IMG/VR virus record: IMGVR_UViG_2802429251_000001 | DNA: 20,174 nucleotides | Source of the DNA: a virus | Taxonomy: Duplodnaviria; Heunggongvirae; Uroviricota; Caudoviricetes | Direction: 5' to 3' (one strand) | Shown: positions 8,535 through 16,433 of the stretch, piece after piece | How positions within the stretch are numbered: position 1 is the first letter of the stretch | Layout: each line of letters opens with the position of its first letter | Notes under the pieces: generated by a model | Databases searched by the model: none | What the model was told of the DNA's origin: nothing | The model's input: the letters and a program-made list of their open reading frames with translations, nothing else | Made by a program: the position numbers and the translations under genes

Positions 8535-9158
8535 CTAACGTGTGACCGCATTCAAAATGTTGTCTGCGATTGACTCTTCTTTGTGGCATTGCACCACCAG
8601 AGCGTCATACAGCGGCTTAACAGTGCGTGACCAGGTGGGCTGGGTAAGGTTTGGGATTAGCATCGTTACAGCGCGATATGCGGCGCTTGCAGGCATCCTT
8701 GAATAACCGACACCTTTGCATCTTCCGCACTCTTTCTCAACAACTCTCCCCCACTGCTCCATTTTGGCTATATCAACCGCACGGCCTGTACCGTGGCAAT
8801 CTCTGCATCTTGCGCCCGGCGTCGCGGCACTACGGCAATAATCCGCATAAGCGAATGTTGCGAGCACTTGCAGTACCTTTGTCTTAGTATTTCCTTCAAG
8901 CTTTGCCACACCACGGTATTTCCCCGATACCTTGTGTGCAAATTGCATCAGATAGTTGATAGCCTTTTGTTTGTCGTTCTGGCTGAGTTCATGTTTACCA
9001 CAGAATGCAGCCATTCCGAATCCGGCTTGTGATTGCGCCATCCCCATAGCAGCCATCACATCAGTACCGGAAAGAGAGTCAGAAGCCGTAGCCCGTGGTG
9101 AGTCGCTCATCATCGGGCTTTTTGGCGAATGAAATTTAGCTACGCTTTCGAGTCTCAT
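8535..9158 (-). CDS. Q: Late gene antiterminator Q (lambda Q type)
   Basis: 207 aa, MRLESVAKFHSPKSPMMSDSPRATASDS...CRDCHGTGRAVD...: matches recalled lambda Q nearly residue for residue. Start overlaps NinH stop. Confidence 0.95.
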   Translation of the reverse strand: MRLESVAKFHSPKSPMMSDSPRATASDSLSGTDVMAAMGMAQSQAGFGMAAFCGKHELSQNDKQKAINYLMQFAHKVSGKYRGVAKLEGNTKTKVLQVLATFAYADYCRSAATPGARCRDCHGTGRAVDIAKMEQWGRVVEKECGRCKGVGYSRMPASAAYRAVTMLIPNLTQPTWSRTVKPLYDALVVQCHKEESIADNILNAVTR

Positions 9159-9343
9159 GGTCTCCCCCTCTTGCCCTGTTTGACCATCATGACGCCGTTA
9201 ACTATTACGTGACGCTCGCCTTTGTTGTCTCGGTTGTACTTGAGCACTGTTCCTCTTGCGCAGGAAAGCATCCTCGCCACTTCGGTCTGATTTCCTCGTG
9301 TCTGGATAAGAAGCTCTGGTATCGTTTGAATTGTGGCGTTCAT
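9155..9343 (-). CDS. ninH: NinH-like protein
   Basis: 62 aa, ...IQTIPELLIQTRGNQTEVARMLSCARGTVLKYNRDNKGERHVIVNGVMMV... resembles recalled lambda NinH (...VKTIPDMLVEAYGNQTEVARRLKCSRGTVRKY...). ATGA-coupled to neighbours. Confidence 0.8.
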   Translation of the reverse strand: MNATIQTIPELLIQTRGNQTEVARMLSCARGTVLKYNRDNKGERHVIVNGVMMVKQGKRGRP

Positions 9344-9702
9344 GCGTTCTCCAGTTCGGTGATTTTTATTCCAAGCCTTCCGCCTGGTACTTTCACACCA
9401 CGAATTACGCGAATGTCATCGAATTGCTCGTCGTCTTCCGCAAATCCGGCGTGGATAAGTGAGTCGAGTAAACCTTTCAGGATGTTGTCGAGGTCGCGGC
9501 GGCGGGAGTCTGGAACGTCTGCGATGACTTTGATGCGGAGTCGTGCTTTGGTGAAAATATCTAACTTGAGTTGGCGGATGATTTGCTGAACGTCTTTTCG
9601 GTATTTCTGGCCTTTATCGCTGATGTAGTATTGGCTTCCCCGTCTTCGCCAGTAGGTATTCACCGACGGCGGGTATGGAAGCACAAACTGATATTCGTTC
9701 AT
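9340..9702 (-). CDS. rusA: RusA-family Holliday junction resolvase
   Basis: 120 aa with RusA hallmarks (PPSVNTYW, DSRRRDLDNILKGLLDSL, GGRLGIKITE). Resembles E. coli RusA from memory. Confidence 0.9.
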   Translation of the reverse strand: MNEYQFVLPYPPSVNTYWRRRGSQYYISDKGQKYRKDVQQIIRQLKLDIFTKARLRIKVIADVPDSRRRDLDNILKGLLDSLIHAGFAEDDEQFDDIRVIRGVKVPGGRLGIKITELENA

Positions 9703-9989
9703 GGCTTAATCTTCCCCTCCTTCAGCAATACCGCCTGCGTCCTGATCACGCCTTCGAGGTGGTAAAGTCTGGCGTCTTTGTTGTCGAGAATCCTTGTGCG
9801 TCGGTCGATCTCCGCGTGGCAGTCACTACAAGCCCATGCACCGATCAGGTCGTCAGGCTTCATTCCCGTTCCGCAAATTCCAGCCATCCGGTAATGTGCC
9901 AGAACTGTAGTTTCAGGATTACCATTGCATACGCCGTAAATACGTACCTGGCATTCTCTGCCGCGCGCTTCTTTGCGTAGATTAGCCAT
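9699..9989 (-). CDS. YbcO-like (DUF1364) nin-region protein
   Basis: 96 aa, MANLRKEARGRECQVRIYGVCNGNPETTVLAHYR...WACSDCHAEIDRRT: Cys/His-rich, resembles DLP12 YbcO from memory. Immediately upstream of rusA, as in DLP12/phage 82-type nin regions. Confidence 0.75.
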   Translation of the reverse strand: MANLRKEARGRECQVRIYGVCNGNPETTVLAHYRMAGICGTGMKPDDLIGAWACSDCHAEIDRRTRILDNKDARLYHLEGVIRTQAVLLKEGKIKP

Positions 9990-10208
9990 TTAATACTCCA
10001 GTTCAGGGTCATTTTTTAGGTCATGTTTTTTGCAGAATTGCTGCCACTCTCTTTCCAGCCGCTTACCTGTAAATTTCACTCTGCATTTTGAGTAAGTGCT
10101 AATGGCATTAAATGGTGCTGAGCCTTCAGGAAATCGAGAGCGGAATACTTCTGCCACAGGTACTAAAACCAAATACAAATAATCAGAGCTACTAAACGAA
10201 TCACTCAT
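9990..10208 (-). CDS. Hypothetical protein (nin region)
   Basis: 72 aa ORF; its ATG overlaps the NinF stop (ATGAGTGA) and its stop abuts the YbcO-like start, so it is translationally coupled within the operon. No family recognised. Confidence 0.5.
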   Translation of the reverse strand: MSDSFSSSDYLYLVLVPVAEVFRSRFPEGSAPFNAISTYSKCRVKFTGKRLEREWQQFCKKHDLKNDPELEY

Positions 10209-10377
10209 CGTCTTCTTCCTCGTGCATTGAGCTATTCGGATCGCTCATTAGTTCTGCGCAGCAGTGCTCACACACGTGAACTTCCAGCACATGCAGCTTC
10301 TGGCCGCAGTTAGCGCACGTTAAAGCCCGCTCGACGCTTTCTTTCTGGTATTGAAGGGATTGGGATGGGCTAAGCAT
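10201..10377 (-). CDS. ninF: NinF-like small Cys-rich protein
   Basis: 58 aa ORF below the track threshold, found by hand: MLSPSQSLQYQKESVERALTCANCGQKLHVLEVHVCEHCCAELMSDPNSSMHEEEDDE. CxxC...CxxC pattern and size fit lambda NinF (57 aa). Start overlaps the upstream gene stop (TAATG). Confidence 0.6.
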   Translation of the reverse strand: MLSPSQSLQYQKESVERALTCANCGQKLHVLEVHVCEHCCAELMSDPNSSMHEEEDDE

Positions 10378-10736
10378 TATTGGATTCTCTGCATCATGAG
10401 AAAGACAATCATGGCGGCGCGGAGGGGATTTTCATGTATAGCTCGCTTAGATTTACAGTAGGCCACACCGCGTGCACCCCACTCGTCTTCATCGAGATTG
10501 ATAATGCTAATCCTGTATTTTTCAATAATCGGCCATGCGTCTGCTGGGTTTGCGCATGGGTTAAAGGATCCGCGCTCAACTTCTACTTCAACTGCGTCTC
10601 CGTTTACAATGTCTCCCTCAAATGAGACAAACACCATATCGCCATTCTCACCTTCTTTGTAATCCGGTGATCCGTTATGAATGGCTTCGAATACCGCCAC
10701 GTTAATTTCAAAATCACTTAACTGTGAATAATCCAT
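10377..10736 (-). CDS. Hypothetical nin-region protein (possibly NinX/DUF2591-like)
   Basis: Track ORF 10377..10778 begins with GTG; I prefer ATG at 10736 (MDYSQLSDFEINVAV...), 8 nt after a GAGGAA Shine-Dalgarno. Acidic, 119 aa. Occupies the slot of lambda ninE. Confidence 0.55.
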   Translation of the reverse strand: MDYSQLSDFEINVAVFEAIHNGSPDYKEGENGDMVFVSFEGDIVNGDAVEVEVERGSFNPCANPADAWPIIEKYRISIINLDEDEWGARGVAYCKSKRAIHENPLRAAMIVFLMMQRIQ

Positions 10737-10881
10737 TGTCATTTCCTCGCACGATTTCTTAGCCACCGGATATCCCACAGGTGAGCCGTGTAGTTGAAGG
10801 TTTTTACGTCAGATTCTTTTGGGATTGGCTTGCGTTTATTTCTGGAGCGTTTCGTTGGAAGGTATTTGCAGTTTTCGCAGA

Positions 10882-11055
10882 TTATGTCGGTGATGCTTCG
10901 TCGCTGTCTCGCCACACGTCCTCCTTTTCCTGCGGTAGTGGTAACACCCCTGTTGGTGTTCTTTCACACCGGAGACACCATCGATTCCAGTAAGGTTGAT
11001 TTGGTCGGAAGCGGTTATCTTCTTTGCATTCACCGCACCGATAACATCGCATCAT
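10882..11055 (-). CDS. ninD: NinD-like small zinc-ribbon protein
   Basis: 57 aa from the internal MM start ([22 protein letters not shown]...), which overlaps the NinB stop (ATGA). The track ORF 10882..11115 is an upstream extension into NinB. Confidence 0.65.
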   Translation of the reverse strand: MMRCYRCGECKEDNRFRPNQPYWNRWCLRCERTPTGVLPLPQEKEDVWRDSDEASPT

Positions 11056-11492
11056 GCTGCCCGGTCTCCCCATCGCGCTTTCCACTCCAGAGCCAGTCGC
11101 GCTTCGTCTGACCACTTAACGCCACGCTCTGTACCGAATGCCTGTATAAGCTCTAATAACTCCGCAAATTCGCTTACACGCATCCTGCTGGTTGACTGGC
11201 CTATTACCACAAAGCCATTCCCGGCAAGGTTAGGAACAACGTCCTGCTGCTTTAATGCTGCGGTAAACACACACTTCCAGCTTTCTGCATCCAGCCAGCG
11301 ACCATGCCATTCAACCTGACGAGAGACGTCACCAAGGCAAGCCCAAAGCTTCCGATTCTGGTCTAAGCTGCGGTTGCGCTCCTGAATGATCACTACGATT
11401 GGCTTGGTTGGGTCTGGAAGGATTTGCTGTACTGCGTGAATAGCGTTTTGCTGATGTGCCGGAGATCGAATTTCAAAGGTTAGTTTTTTCAT
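11052..11492 (-). CDS. ninB: NinB (Orf-family recombination mediator)
   Basis: [34 protein letters not shown]... (146 aa) closely matches my recollection of lambda NinB. Strong RBS GGAGAGGGA before ATG 11492; the track start at 11510 is an extension. Confidence 0.9.
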   Translation of the reverse strand: MKKLTFEIRSPAHQQNAIHAVQQILPDPTKPIVVIIQERNRSLDQNRKLWACLGDVSRQVEWHGRWLDAESWKCVFTAALKQQDVVPNLAGNGFVVIGQSTSRMRVSEFAELLELIQAFGTERGVKWSDEARLALEWKARWGDRAA

Positions 11493-11508
11493 GACTTCCC
11501 TCTCCCCC

Positions 11509-11540
11509 AAATAAAAAGGCCTGCGATTACCAGCAGGCCT
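11509..11540 (-). terminator. Intrinsic terminator between replication genes and nin region (tR2-like)
   Basis: Perfect 8 bp inverted repeat AGGCCTGC / GCAGGCCT with 8 nt loop; on the minus strand it is followed by UUUUAUUU. Confidence 0.5.
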
Positions 11541-11569
11541 GTTATTAGCTCAGTGATGTAGATGGTCAT

Positions 11570-13450
11570 TTAATACTCCGTCACGTTTTCCTGTCGCCAC
11601 GCCTCGTCATATTCCGATTTCGGCATATTGGCGATGTAGCTATATGGCGATCCTGATTCAAGTTGCAGGAACTGGTGCGATTGCTCGTCAAGGAACAACG
11701 GGACACCACCTTCCCAACCTTCGCCGTTACGTTGTTTTTCAAGCATCAAAACAGATGCCGGAGACGCCAGTAGCTGTTCGTCCTTCTCTGACATCTTTTC
11801 ACCACTCTGAACTCTCTGTAACGCTCTCTCGCGAGCCTTGTTACGCCAGATGATGAAAAGGTTGTCTGTCAGGTCTGTTATCGCTCCAGAGCCTTTTACG
11901 TCCATTTTCCCGGTTGGTTTTTCTTCGCTGTCTCCTTTTCGCGAGTGAGTAACGAGAATGACGTGGGAGTTTGTTTTGTTTTTGAAGTCGCAAATCGAGT
12001 CAACAAACGCCTTCTGCCCGTTATAGTCATCGTCGCCTATGCCACATTTCATCAGGCTGTCGATGATGAATAACTGGATCCCGTATCGGCGGCGAGCGTA
12101 GTCGAATATTTCGATCAGCCTGTCGGCTTTCGCCGTTCCGGTCAGGCCAAACACCCAAAGTCTTTCGTCATAAAATTTAAATGCAGAGTCAATTTCCAGC
12201 ACTGGCGGAATCTTGCAGCACGTCGCCTGACGGGTAAGGCGCTTAAGGAGAATACCAGGCTTCAGCTCAAGTGACGCGATGCACGTCTTCACACCCTGAC
12301 GCATTGCCTCAAGTGCCATATGCCCGACAACCTCCGTTTTTCCGTGACCGTTCACACCATTGACCAGCGTCAACTCTGCCTCACGGAACTGGAATTTATC
12401 TGCCAGAGATTCCCACGGTGGATTAAACAGATACTGCTGCTTGCCGTAGAAAGCATTGATAGTGTCCTGGTAAAACTCTCGCGCACTGTAGAGTTCTTCA
12501 GGATCGAAGTAGGATGCCGTGCCGATGTACTGCCAGATTTCATCCTCGGTAACACCGTTCATCAGGCATTCGTTGATGTCTTTGTACGGCAGAGTAACAA
12601 GACGGCAACGATGTTCACCGAGTCGGCTTGCGATTTCCCTTGCGGCTTCACGACCAACATCATCAACGTCCATCGAGATGAATATTTCCTCAAACCTGTC
12701 GAGATTGTGATACTCAAACTCAATCCACTGCTGCTTAGCGCCTTTCCCGCCACCAAACGGCACGGATAACGCCGAGATGCCGTATTGCGCATAGCTCATA
12801 CAATCAATTTCGCCTTCGCAAAGTACAACCGCCCTCACGCCAGCGTCCAGAGCCTGCCATCCGAACAGACAAGGTTCGCAATCACCTTCTGCCATAATGA
12901 CTTTCTTCCCGTCCGGGCGCTCAGTGCTGATTCGCTTGACCTGCAACAACTCACCATCGCGTTTGTACGGAATCACCAGAGCATCCAGTTCCCGCTCTCC
13001 ATTCCACACCTTGCCGCTGACAACCTCGTAGCGCTTTACGATTTCTGGCGATATGCCACGCGATTGCAGGTACTCAAGATGGGATTCTGTTCTGGTAACG
13101 TAGCGGGCGATTTTCTTGCGATCAGGTCTGGAGAATTTCTTCTCACGTTTGGCATCGAAATGGTGATCGTCATCCTTGATACCGAGAAATGCTTTCGCTT
13201 CCTGCATAGCCTGATGCAGGTTAATTCCACGACATGCCATCCACAAATCAAGCATGTCACCGCCGTCTCCCTCAGCGAAATCAGCCCATTTTTTCTTGCC
13301 GCTAAGGTTGACCTTAAGGCTGTTTCCCTTGTCACCGTTGACGTTACCGGCAACCCACTCATGCCCCTCTTTCTTGCCATTTGGCAACAGGTGCGGAGCC
13401 ACCCTGTCAACCTGCGCCCAAAGCAGGTCGCTAAGTTCACTTGGCGTCAT
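11570..13450 (-). CDS. Replicative primase-helicase (Toprim domain plus DnaB-like helicase domain)
   Basis: 626 aa with Toprim-like acidic motifs (VVLCEGEIDCMS, FISMDVDDVGREAA), Walker A (NGVNGHGKTEV), Walker B-like (LFIIDSLMK) and HSRK. Occupies the position of lambda P. Confidence 0.8.
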   Translation of the reverse strand: MTPSELSDLLWAQVDRVAPHLLPNGKKEGHEWVAGNVNGDKGNSLKVNLSGKKKWADFAEGDGGDMLDLWMACRGINLHQAMQEAKAFLGIKDDDHHFDAKREKKFSRPDRKKIARYVTRTESHLEYLQSRGISPEIVKRYEVVSGKVWNGERELDALVIPYKRDGELLQVKRISTERPDGKKVIMAEGDCEPCLFGWQALDAGVRAVVLCEGEIDCMSYAQYGISALSVPFGGGKGAKQQWIEFEYHNLDRFEEIFISMDVDDVGREAAREIASRLGEHRCRLVTLPYKDINECLMNGVTEDEIWQYIGTASYFDPEELYSAREFYQDTINAFYGKQQYLFNPPWESLADKFQFREAELTLVNGVNGHGKTEVVGHMALEAMRQGVKTCIASLELKPGILLKRLTRQATCCKIPPVLEIDSAFKFYDERLWVFGLTGTAKADRLIEIFDYARRRYGIQLFIIDSLMKCGIGDDDYNGQKAFVDSICDFKNKTNSHVILVTHSRKGDSEEKPTGKMDVKGSGAITDLTDNLFIIWRNKARERALQRVQSGEKMSEKDEQLLASPASVLMLEKQRNGEGWEGGVPLFLDEQSHQFLQLESGSPYSYIANMPKSEYDEAWRQENVTEY

Positions 13451-13554
13451 GATTCCCTCAGATTGAGATTTTTAAACCAGAAATCGACAAACGAAATACT
13501 TAACCAGCCGTGGTTATAACCAGCGACCAGTAGCGATTTGATTTTTGATTTCAT
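13447..13554 (-). CDS. Small hypothetical ORF (35 aa) between O-like gene and primase-helicase
   Basis: Found by hand: MKSKIKSLLVAGYNHGWLSISFVDFWFKNLNLRES. ATG at 13554 lies 3 nt after the O-like stop; its TGA overlaps the helicase ATG (ATGA). AGGTGA 3 nt upstream. Could be a coupling artefact. Confidence 0.3.
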   Translation of the reverse strand: MKSKIKSLLVAGYNHGWLSISFVDFWFKNLNLRES

Positions 13555-13557
13555 GGT

Positions 13558-14418
13558 TCACCTGTCGAAAAACACGTAGCCAGTTTTCGATACGGTGATT
13601 GCGGATGATGGTTTGGATTGTGGTTGAATGGTTTCTGGCTTCTCGTCGTTCCAGCGTTGACCGTTCAGGTAGCTCGATGGTAACAACCTGTCGAATCCGA
13701 ACTGCTTACCATTCCTGCATGCGATGTCTTCTGCCAGCATCGTGGCAAACTCGCTTGCCGTACCCCTGGTAGTTTTACGCCATTCCCTGAACTGTGTTCT
13801 GAATGCCGAAGCTGCGTTTTTCTTCCCGGCCTTCCGCATGCCTGCACACCAGAATATTTCCTCGAATGCCTTGTCGGTTTCTTCGTGACGGTCAGGTGAT
13901 TTTTCACACTCCGTCCGAACACTTTCGGACATAGTGTTTTTATTATTTCTTTTTTCTTTTGTAATAGTTTCTTTTGTGTGTCCCTGTTTTGGTGACAGCG
14001 CTGTCACCGTTTTGGTGACACTTTTTGTCACCAATGCAGTGACATTATCACCAGAGTAGTGACACCCTTCGATTTGCCATTCCTCGATGTTCTTGTTAGG
14101 CCCGATTTGCTGGCCTTCGCGAAGGATAACCTTCATCGCGATAAGCTCATTCTTGGCCTTGTTTACCTTCTGTCTTGGCAGCCTGGTAATTTGAGCTAAC
14201 TGACTATCAGAGATGCGATCCATCTTTTTACCGTAGCCGTATGTTTTACGGCATATGGCGTGGGCAACCTTGCTCTGATTTTTCGTTAAATCTGCGCCGA
14301 TAAGCTCTTCATACAGGGCATTTGCAAGACGGGTATAACCATCTTCAACTTCTGCCACACGACGCTCCACAGGCCGTTGTGAAGGCCTTAAATGTGTTAC
14401 GGTTGCAAGATTACTCAT
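13558..14418 (-). CDS. Replication initiator, lambda O-like N-terminal domain
   Basis: 286 aa. N-terminal motifs [44 protein letters not shown] parallel recalled lambda O (DDGYARL, ADLTKRQFKV, RKTYGWNKPMDRITDSQL, GPNKNISEW). Contains an internal iteron cluster. Confidence 0.85.
   Translation of the reverse strand: MSNLATVTHLRPSQRPVERRVAEVEDGYTRLANALYEELIGADLTKNQSKVAHAICRKTYGYGKKMDRISDSQLAQITRLPRQKVNKAKNELIAMKVILREGQQIGPNKNIEEWQIEGCHYSGDNVTALVTKSVTKTVTALSPKQGHTKETITKEKRNNKNTMSESVRTECEKSPDRHEETDKAFEEIFWCAGMRKAGKKNAASAFRTQFREWRKTTRGTASEFATMLAEDIACRNGKQFGFDRLLPSSYLNGQRWNDEKPETIQPQSKPSSAITVSKTGYVFFDR
13934..14065. repeat. Putative origin of replication: AT-rich tract plus palindromic iterons inside the O-like gene
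   Basis: AT-rich run 13934-13980, then GGTGACAGCGCTGTCACC (13991-14008, perfect palindrome), GGTGACACTTTTTGTCACC (14013-14031), and further GTGACA copies at 14040 and 14059. Core motifs spaced about 11 bp apart. Same architecture as the lambda ori inside O. Confidence 0.55.
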
Positions 14419-14557
14419 GACCTTTCTCCTTCTGCATCAGCTTCACTTTTTCCAACTCAGCCCGGAATCGACCAGGTTGCTTGAAGCTGGACAGGAAGCG
14501 ATCACGTAGTATGTGTTTGTGAATTTTGTCCTGGTAAGGACTGAGTTGTTTTGTCAT
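14411..14557 (-). CDS. Small hypothetical ORF (48 aa) between the pO/oop region and the O-like gene
   Basis: Found by hand: [48 protein letters not shown]. Uses what I recall as the lambda O initiation region (CAGGAGTCATTATGACAAA); its TAA overlaps the O-like ATG (ATGAGTAA). Confidence 0.4.
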   Translation of the reverse strand: MTKQLSPYQDKIHKHILRDRFLSSFKQPGRFRAELEKVKLMQKEKGHE

Positions 14558-14567
14558 AATGACTCCT

Positions 14568-14644
14568 GTGGATTGATCCAGTAATGACCTCAGAATTCCA
14601 TCTGGATTTGTTCAGAACGCTCGGTTGCCGCCGGGCGTTTTTTA
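14568..14644 (+). ncRNA. oop: oop antisense RNA (lambda type)
   Basis: Plus strand GTGGATTGATCCAGTAATGACCTCAGAATTCCATCTGGATTTGTTCAGAACGCTCGGTTGCCGCCGGGCGTTTTTTATT matches recalled 77 nt lambda oop RNA with a few substitutions and ends in its terminator hairpin plus U-tract. Antisense to the cII 3' end. Confidence 0.7.
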
Positions 14645-14883
14645 TTGGTGAGAATCGAAGCAACTTGTCGTGCCAATCGAGCCATGTCGTCGTCAACGAC
14701 ACCCCATTCAAGAACAGCAAGCAGCATTGAGAACTTTGGAATCCAGTCCCTCTTCCACCTGCTGATCTGCGACTTATCAACTCCCACAGCTTCCGCTGTC
14801 TTCTCAGTTCCAAGCATTGCGATTTTGTTAAGCAACGCACTCTCGATTCGTAGAGCCTCGTTGCGTTTGTTTGCACGAACCAT
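14590..14883 (-). CDS. cII: Transcriptional activator cII (lambda type)
   Basis: [97 protein letters not shown], essentially lambda cII (97 aa). Lambda-like RBS TAAGGAAATACTTACATATG. The track ORF is an N-terminal extension. Confidence 0.95.
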   Translation of the reverse strand: MVRANKRNEALRIESALLNKIAMLGTEKTAEAVGVDKSQISRWKRDWIPKFSMLLAVLEWGVVDDDMARLARQVASILTNKKRPAATERSEQIQMEF

Positions 14884-14940
14884 ATGTAAGTATTTCCTTA
14901 ACAAATAAGAAGTTATGCGCATCAACTTATGCGCGTTGTA

Positions 14941-14985
14941 TTCCCGCATTTCGGCGGGAATGAGGACCATGACTGTTAAAGAGCA
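14941..14985 (-). promoter_or_regulatory. nutR (boxA plus boxB)
   Basis: Minus-strand RNA UGCUCUUUAACA (consensus-like boxA) followed 12 nt later by UUCCCGCCGAAAUGCGGGAA (hairpin). Lies between cro and cII. The same boxB sequence recurs at nutL. Confidence 0.65.
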
Positions 14986-14991
14986 ATTTGC

Positions 14992-15177
14992 TTATGCCGC
15001 TTTGCGGTAAGCGCTTTCTTGATACTTCAGGGCGCCAGCTGTAACGACTTCCAGTCGATAGGCGTCTTTCTCTGGGATGACTTCCTTCCACTGAGAGACT
15101 GCTGCGTCGCTAATGCCTAACGCTTTAGCTACAGCACGCTGGGTTCCGAAGTGGTCGATAACATCTTTCTTGTACAT
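14992..15177 (-). CDS. cro: Cro repressor (P22 type)
   Basis: 61 aa, MYKKDVIDHFGTQRAVAKALGISDAAVSQWKEVIPEKDAYRLEVVTAGALKYQESAYRKAA, matches recalled P22 Cro. Divergent from the c2 repressor gene. Confidence 0.9.
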   Translation of the reverse strand: MYKKDVIDHFGTQRAVAKALGISDAAVSQWKEVIPEKDAYRLEVVTAGALKYQESAYRKAA

Positions 15178-15189
15178 AGACTCGCTCCG

Positions 15190-15258
15190 AAATTAAAGAA
15201 CACTTAAATTATCCACTAAAGGAATCTTAAGTCAAGTTTATTTAAGATGTCTTAACTA
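15190..15258. promoter_or_regulatory. OR operator cluster with PR (minus strand) and PRM (plus strand)
   Basis: Three sites resembling the P22 operator consensus ATTTAAGA-NN-TCTTAAAT at about 15192-15209, 15215-15232 and 15240-15257. PR on minus strand: -35 TTGACT (plus 15230-15235), 17 bp spacer, -10 ATAATT (plus 15207-15212). c2 ATG at 15258 abuts the operators, suggesting a leaderless mRNA. Confidence 0.7.
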
Positions 15259-15908
15259 TGAAAACTCAATTGATGGGAGAGCGCATTCGCGCTCGGAGAA
15301 AAGAACTCAAGATCAGGCAGGCCGCACTTGGAAAGATGGTCGGCGTGTCTAATGTTGCCATATCTCAGTGGGAACGCTCTGAGACAGAGCCAAATGGAGA
15401 GAATCTTCTCGCCCTGGCTAATGCGTTGAAGTGTTCCCCTGACTATCTGATGAAAGGAGAGGGAAGTCTTTCAAACATTGCCTATCACAGTAGGCATGAT
15501 CCAAGAGGGTCATACCCTCTGATTAGCTGGGTGAGCGCAGGATGCTGGATGGAAGCTGTAGAACCATATCATAAGCGTGCAATAGATAACTGGTACGATA
15601 CAACCGTAGACTGTTCAGAAGATTCGTTTTGGTTGGACGTGAAAGGAGACTCAATGACGGCTCCGGCCGGTCTCAGTATCCCTGAAGGAATGATAATACT
15701 CGTCGATCCTGAAGTAGAGCCGCGTAACGGGAAACTGGTAGTTGCAAAGCTCGAAGGAGAAAACGAGGCAACTTTCAAGAAGTTAGTTATTGATGCAGGC
15801 AGGAAGTTTCTAAAACCACTTAACCCACAATATCCGATGATCGAGATCAACGGAAACTGCAAAATCATCGGCGTAGTTGTCGATGCAAAACTAGCAAACC
15901 TTCCATAA
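15258..15908 (+). CDS. c2: Prophage repressor c2 (P22 type, HTH plus LexA-like S24 autocleavage domain)
   Basis: 216 aa, MKTQLMGERIRARRKELKIRQAALGKMVGVSNVAISQWERSETEPNGENLL...GDSMTAPAG...KLVVAKLEGENEATFKKLVIDAGRKFLKPLNPQYPMIEINGNCKIIGVVVDAKLANLP, matches recalled P22 C2 with a few substitutions. Confidence 0.95.
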   Translation: MKTQLMGERIRARRKELKIRQAALGKMVGVSNVAISQWERSETEPNGENLLALANALKCSPDYLMKGEGSLSNIAYHSRHDPRGSYPLISWVSAGCWMEAVEPYHKRAIDNWYDTTVDCSEDSFWLDVKGDSMTAPAGLSIPEGMIILVDPEVEPRNGKLVVAKLEGENEATFKKLVIDAGRKFLKPLNPQYPMIEINGNCKIIGVVVDAKLANLP

Positions 15909-15932
15909 GGGGGCATTCGCCCCTTTTTTTAT
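15908..15932 (+). terminator. Intrinsic terminator after the repressor gene
   Basis: AAGGGGGC-ATTC-GCCCCTT hairpin followed by a T-run, directly after the c2 stop. Confidence 0.6.
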
Positions 15933-15970
15933 TTCCTTTAAAAATCAAAGCCAAACTTAAGTTACGAAAG

Positions 15971-16028
15971 AAAATTTAAGTTTTCTTCAAAAATACTCTT
16001 GACCATTAATTAAAGAGATCTTAAATTT
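15971..16028 (+). promoter_or_regulatory. OL operators and PL promoter
   Basis: P22-consensus-like operator sites at about 15973-15990 and 16008-16025 (AATTAAAGAGATCTTAAATT). PL: -35 TTGACC (15999-16004), 17 bp spacer, -10 TAAATT (16022-16027). Confidence 0.6.
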
Positions 16029-16073
16029 AAGCCATCAGCAGGACGATGGTAGCCAAACGGAACAGATTGGCAG

Positions 16074-16116
16074 GCTCTTTAACATTGATGGGATTGTCCC
16101 GCCGAAATGCGGGAAC
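16074..16116 (+). promoter_or_regulatory. nutL (boxA plus boxB)
   Basis: GCTCTTTAACA (16074-16084) followed 12 nt later by TCCCGCCGAAATGCGGGAA (16097-16116), the same hairpin sequence as in the nutR transcript. Confidence 0.65.
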
Positions 16117-16433
16117 CAAAGAGTAGTTGGCTTTGGGGTGACGTGACGTGAAGTGCAGCTGCACGACGGCAACCGGAAGATAAGCACCCGGCGCGTCACC
16201 GCCAAAGTCAATTCCATAGGCGTTATGCAGCCGCCACCATATTCAAGAAAGCTGCACAAGAGGTAGGAGGATTTATGTGAATACTTACATTCAATTGAGA
16301 GATTAATTAAATAGAACTGATCGAGCAGAGTCCATAAAGGCTCATAAATGCTCTTCCATCCCCGTCTAATTGGCGGGGAAGGAAACCACTTTGTAATAAA
16401 AAAAATTCCAAAGTTGTTTCATCGGAGGTCAAC

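Noticed and set aside
10836-11033. 65 aa minus-strand ORF
   Set aside because: Alternative frame overlapping the NinD-like gene.
12785-13519. 244 aa plus-strand ORF
   Set aside because: Entirely antisense to the primase-helicase gene, and the track start is non-canonical in context. Likely a shadow ORF.
14502-14876. 124 aa minus-strand ORF
   Set aside because: Alternative frame overlapping cII and the oop/pO region, which are well supported; no RBS.
16035-16259. 74 aa minus-strand ORF
   Set aside because: Covers the PL leader and nutL on the opposite strand; Cys-rich low-complexity translation; no RBS.
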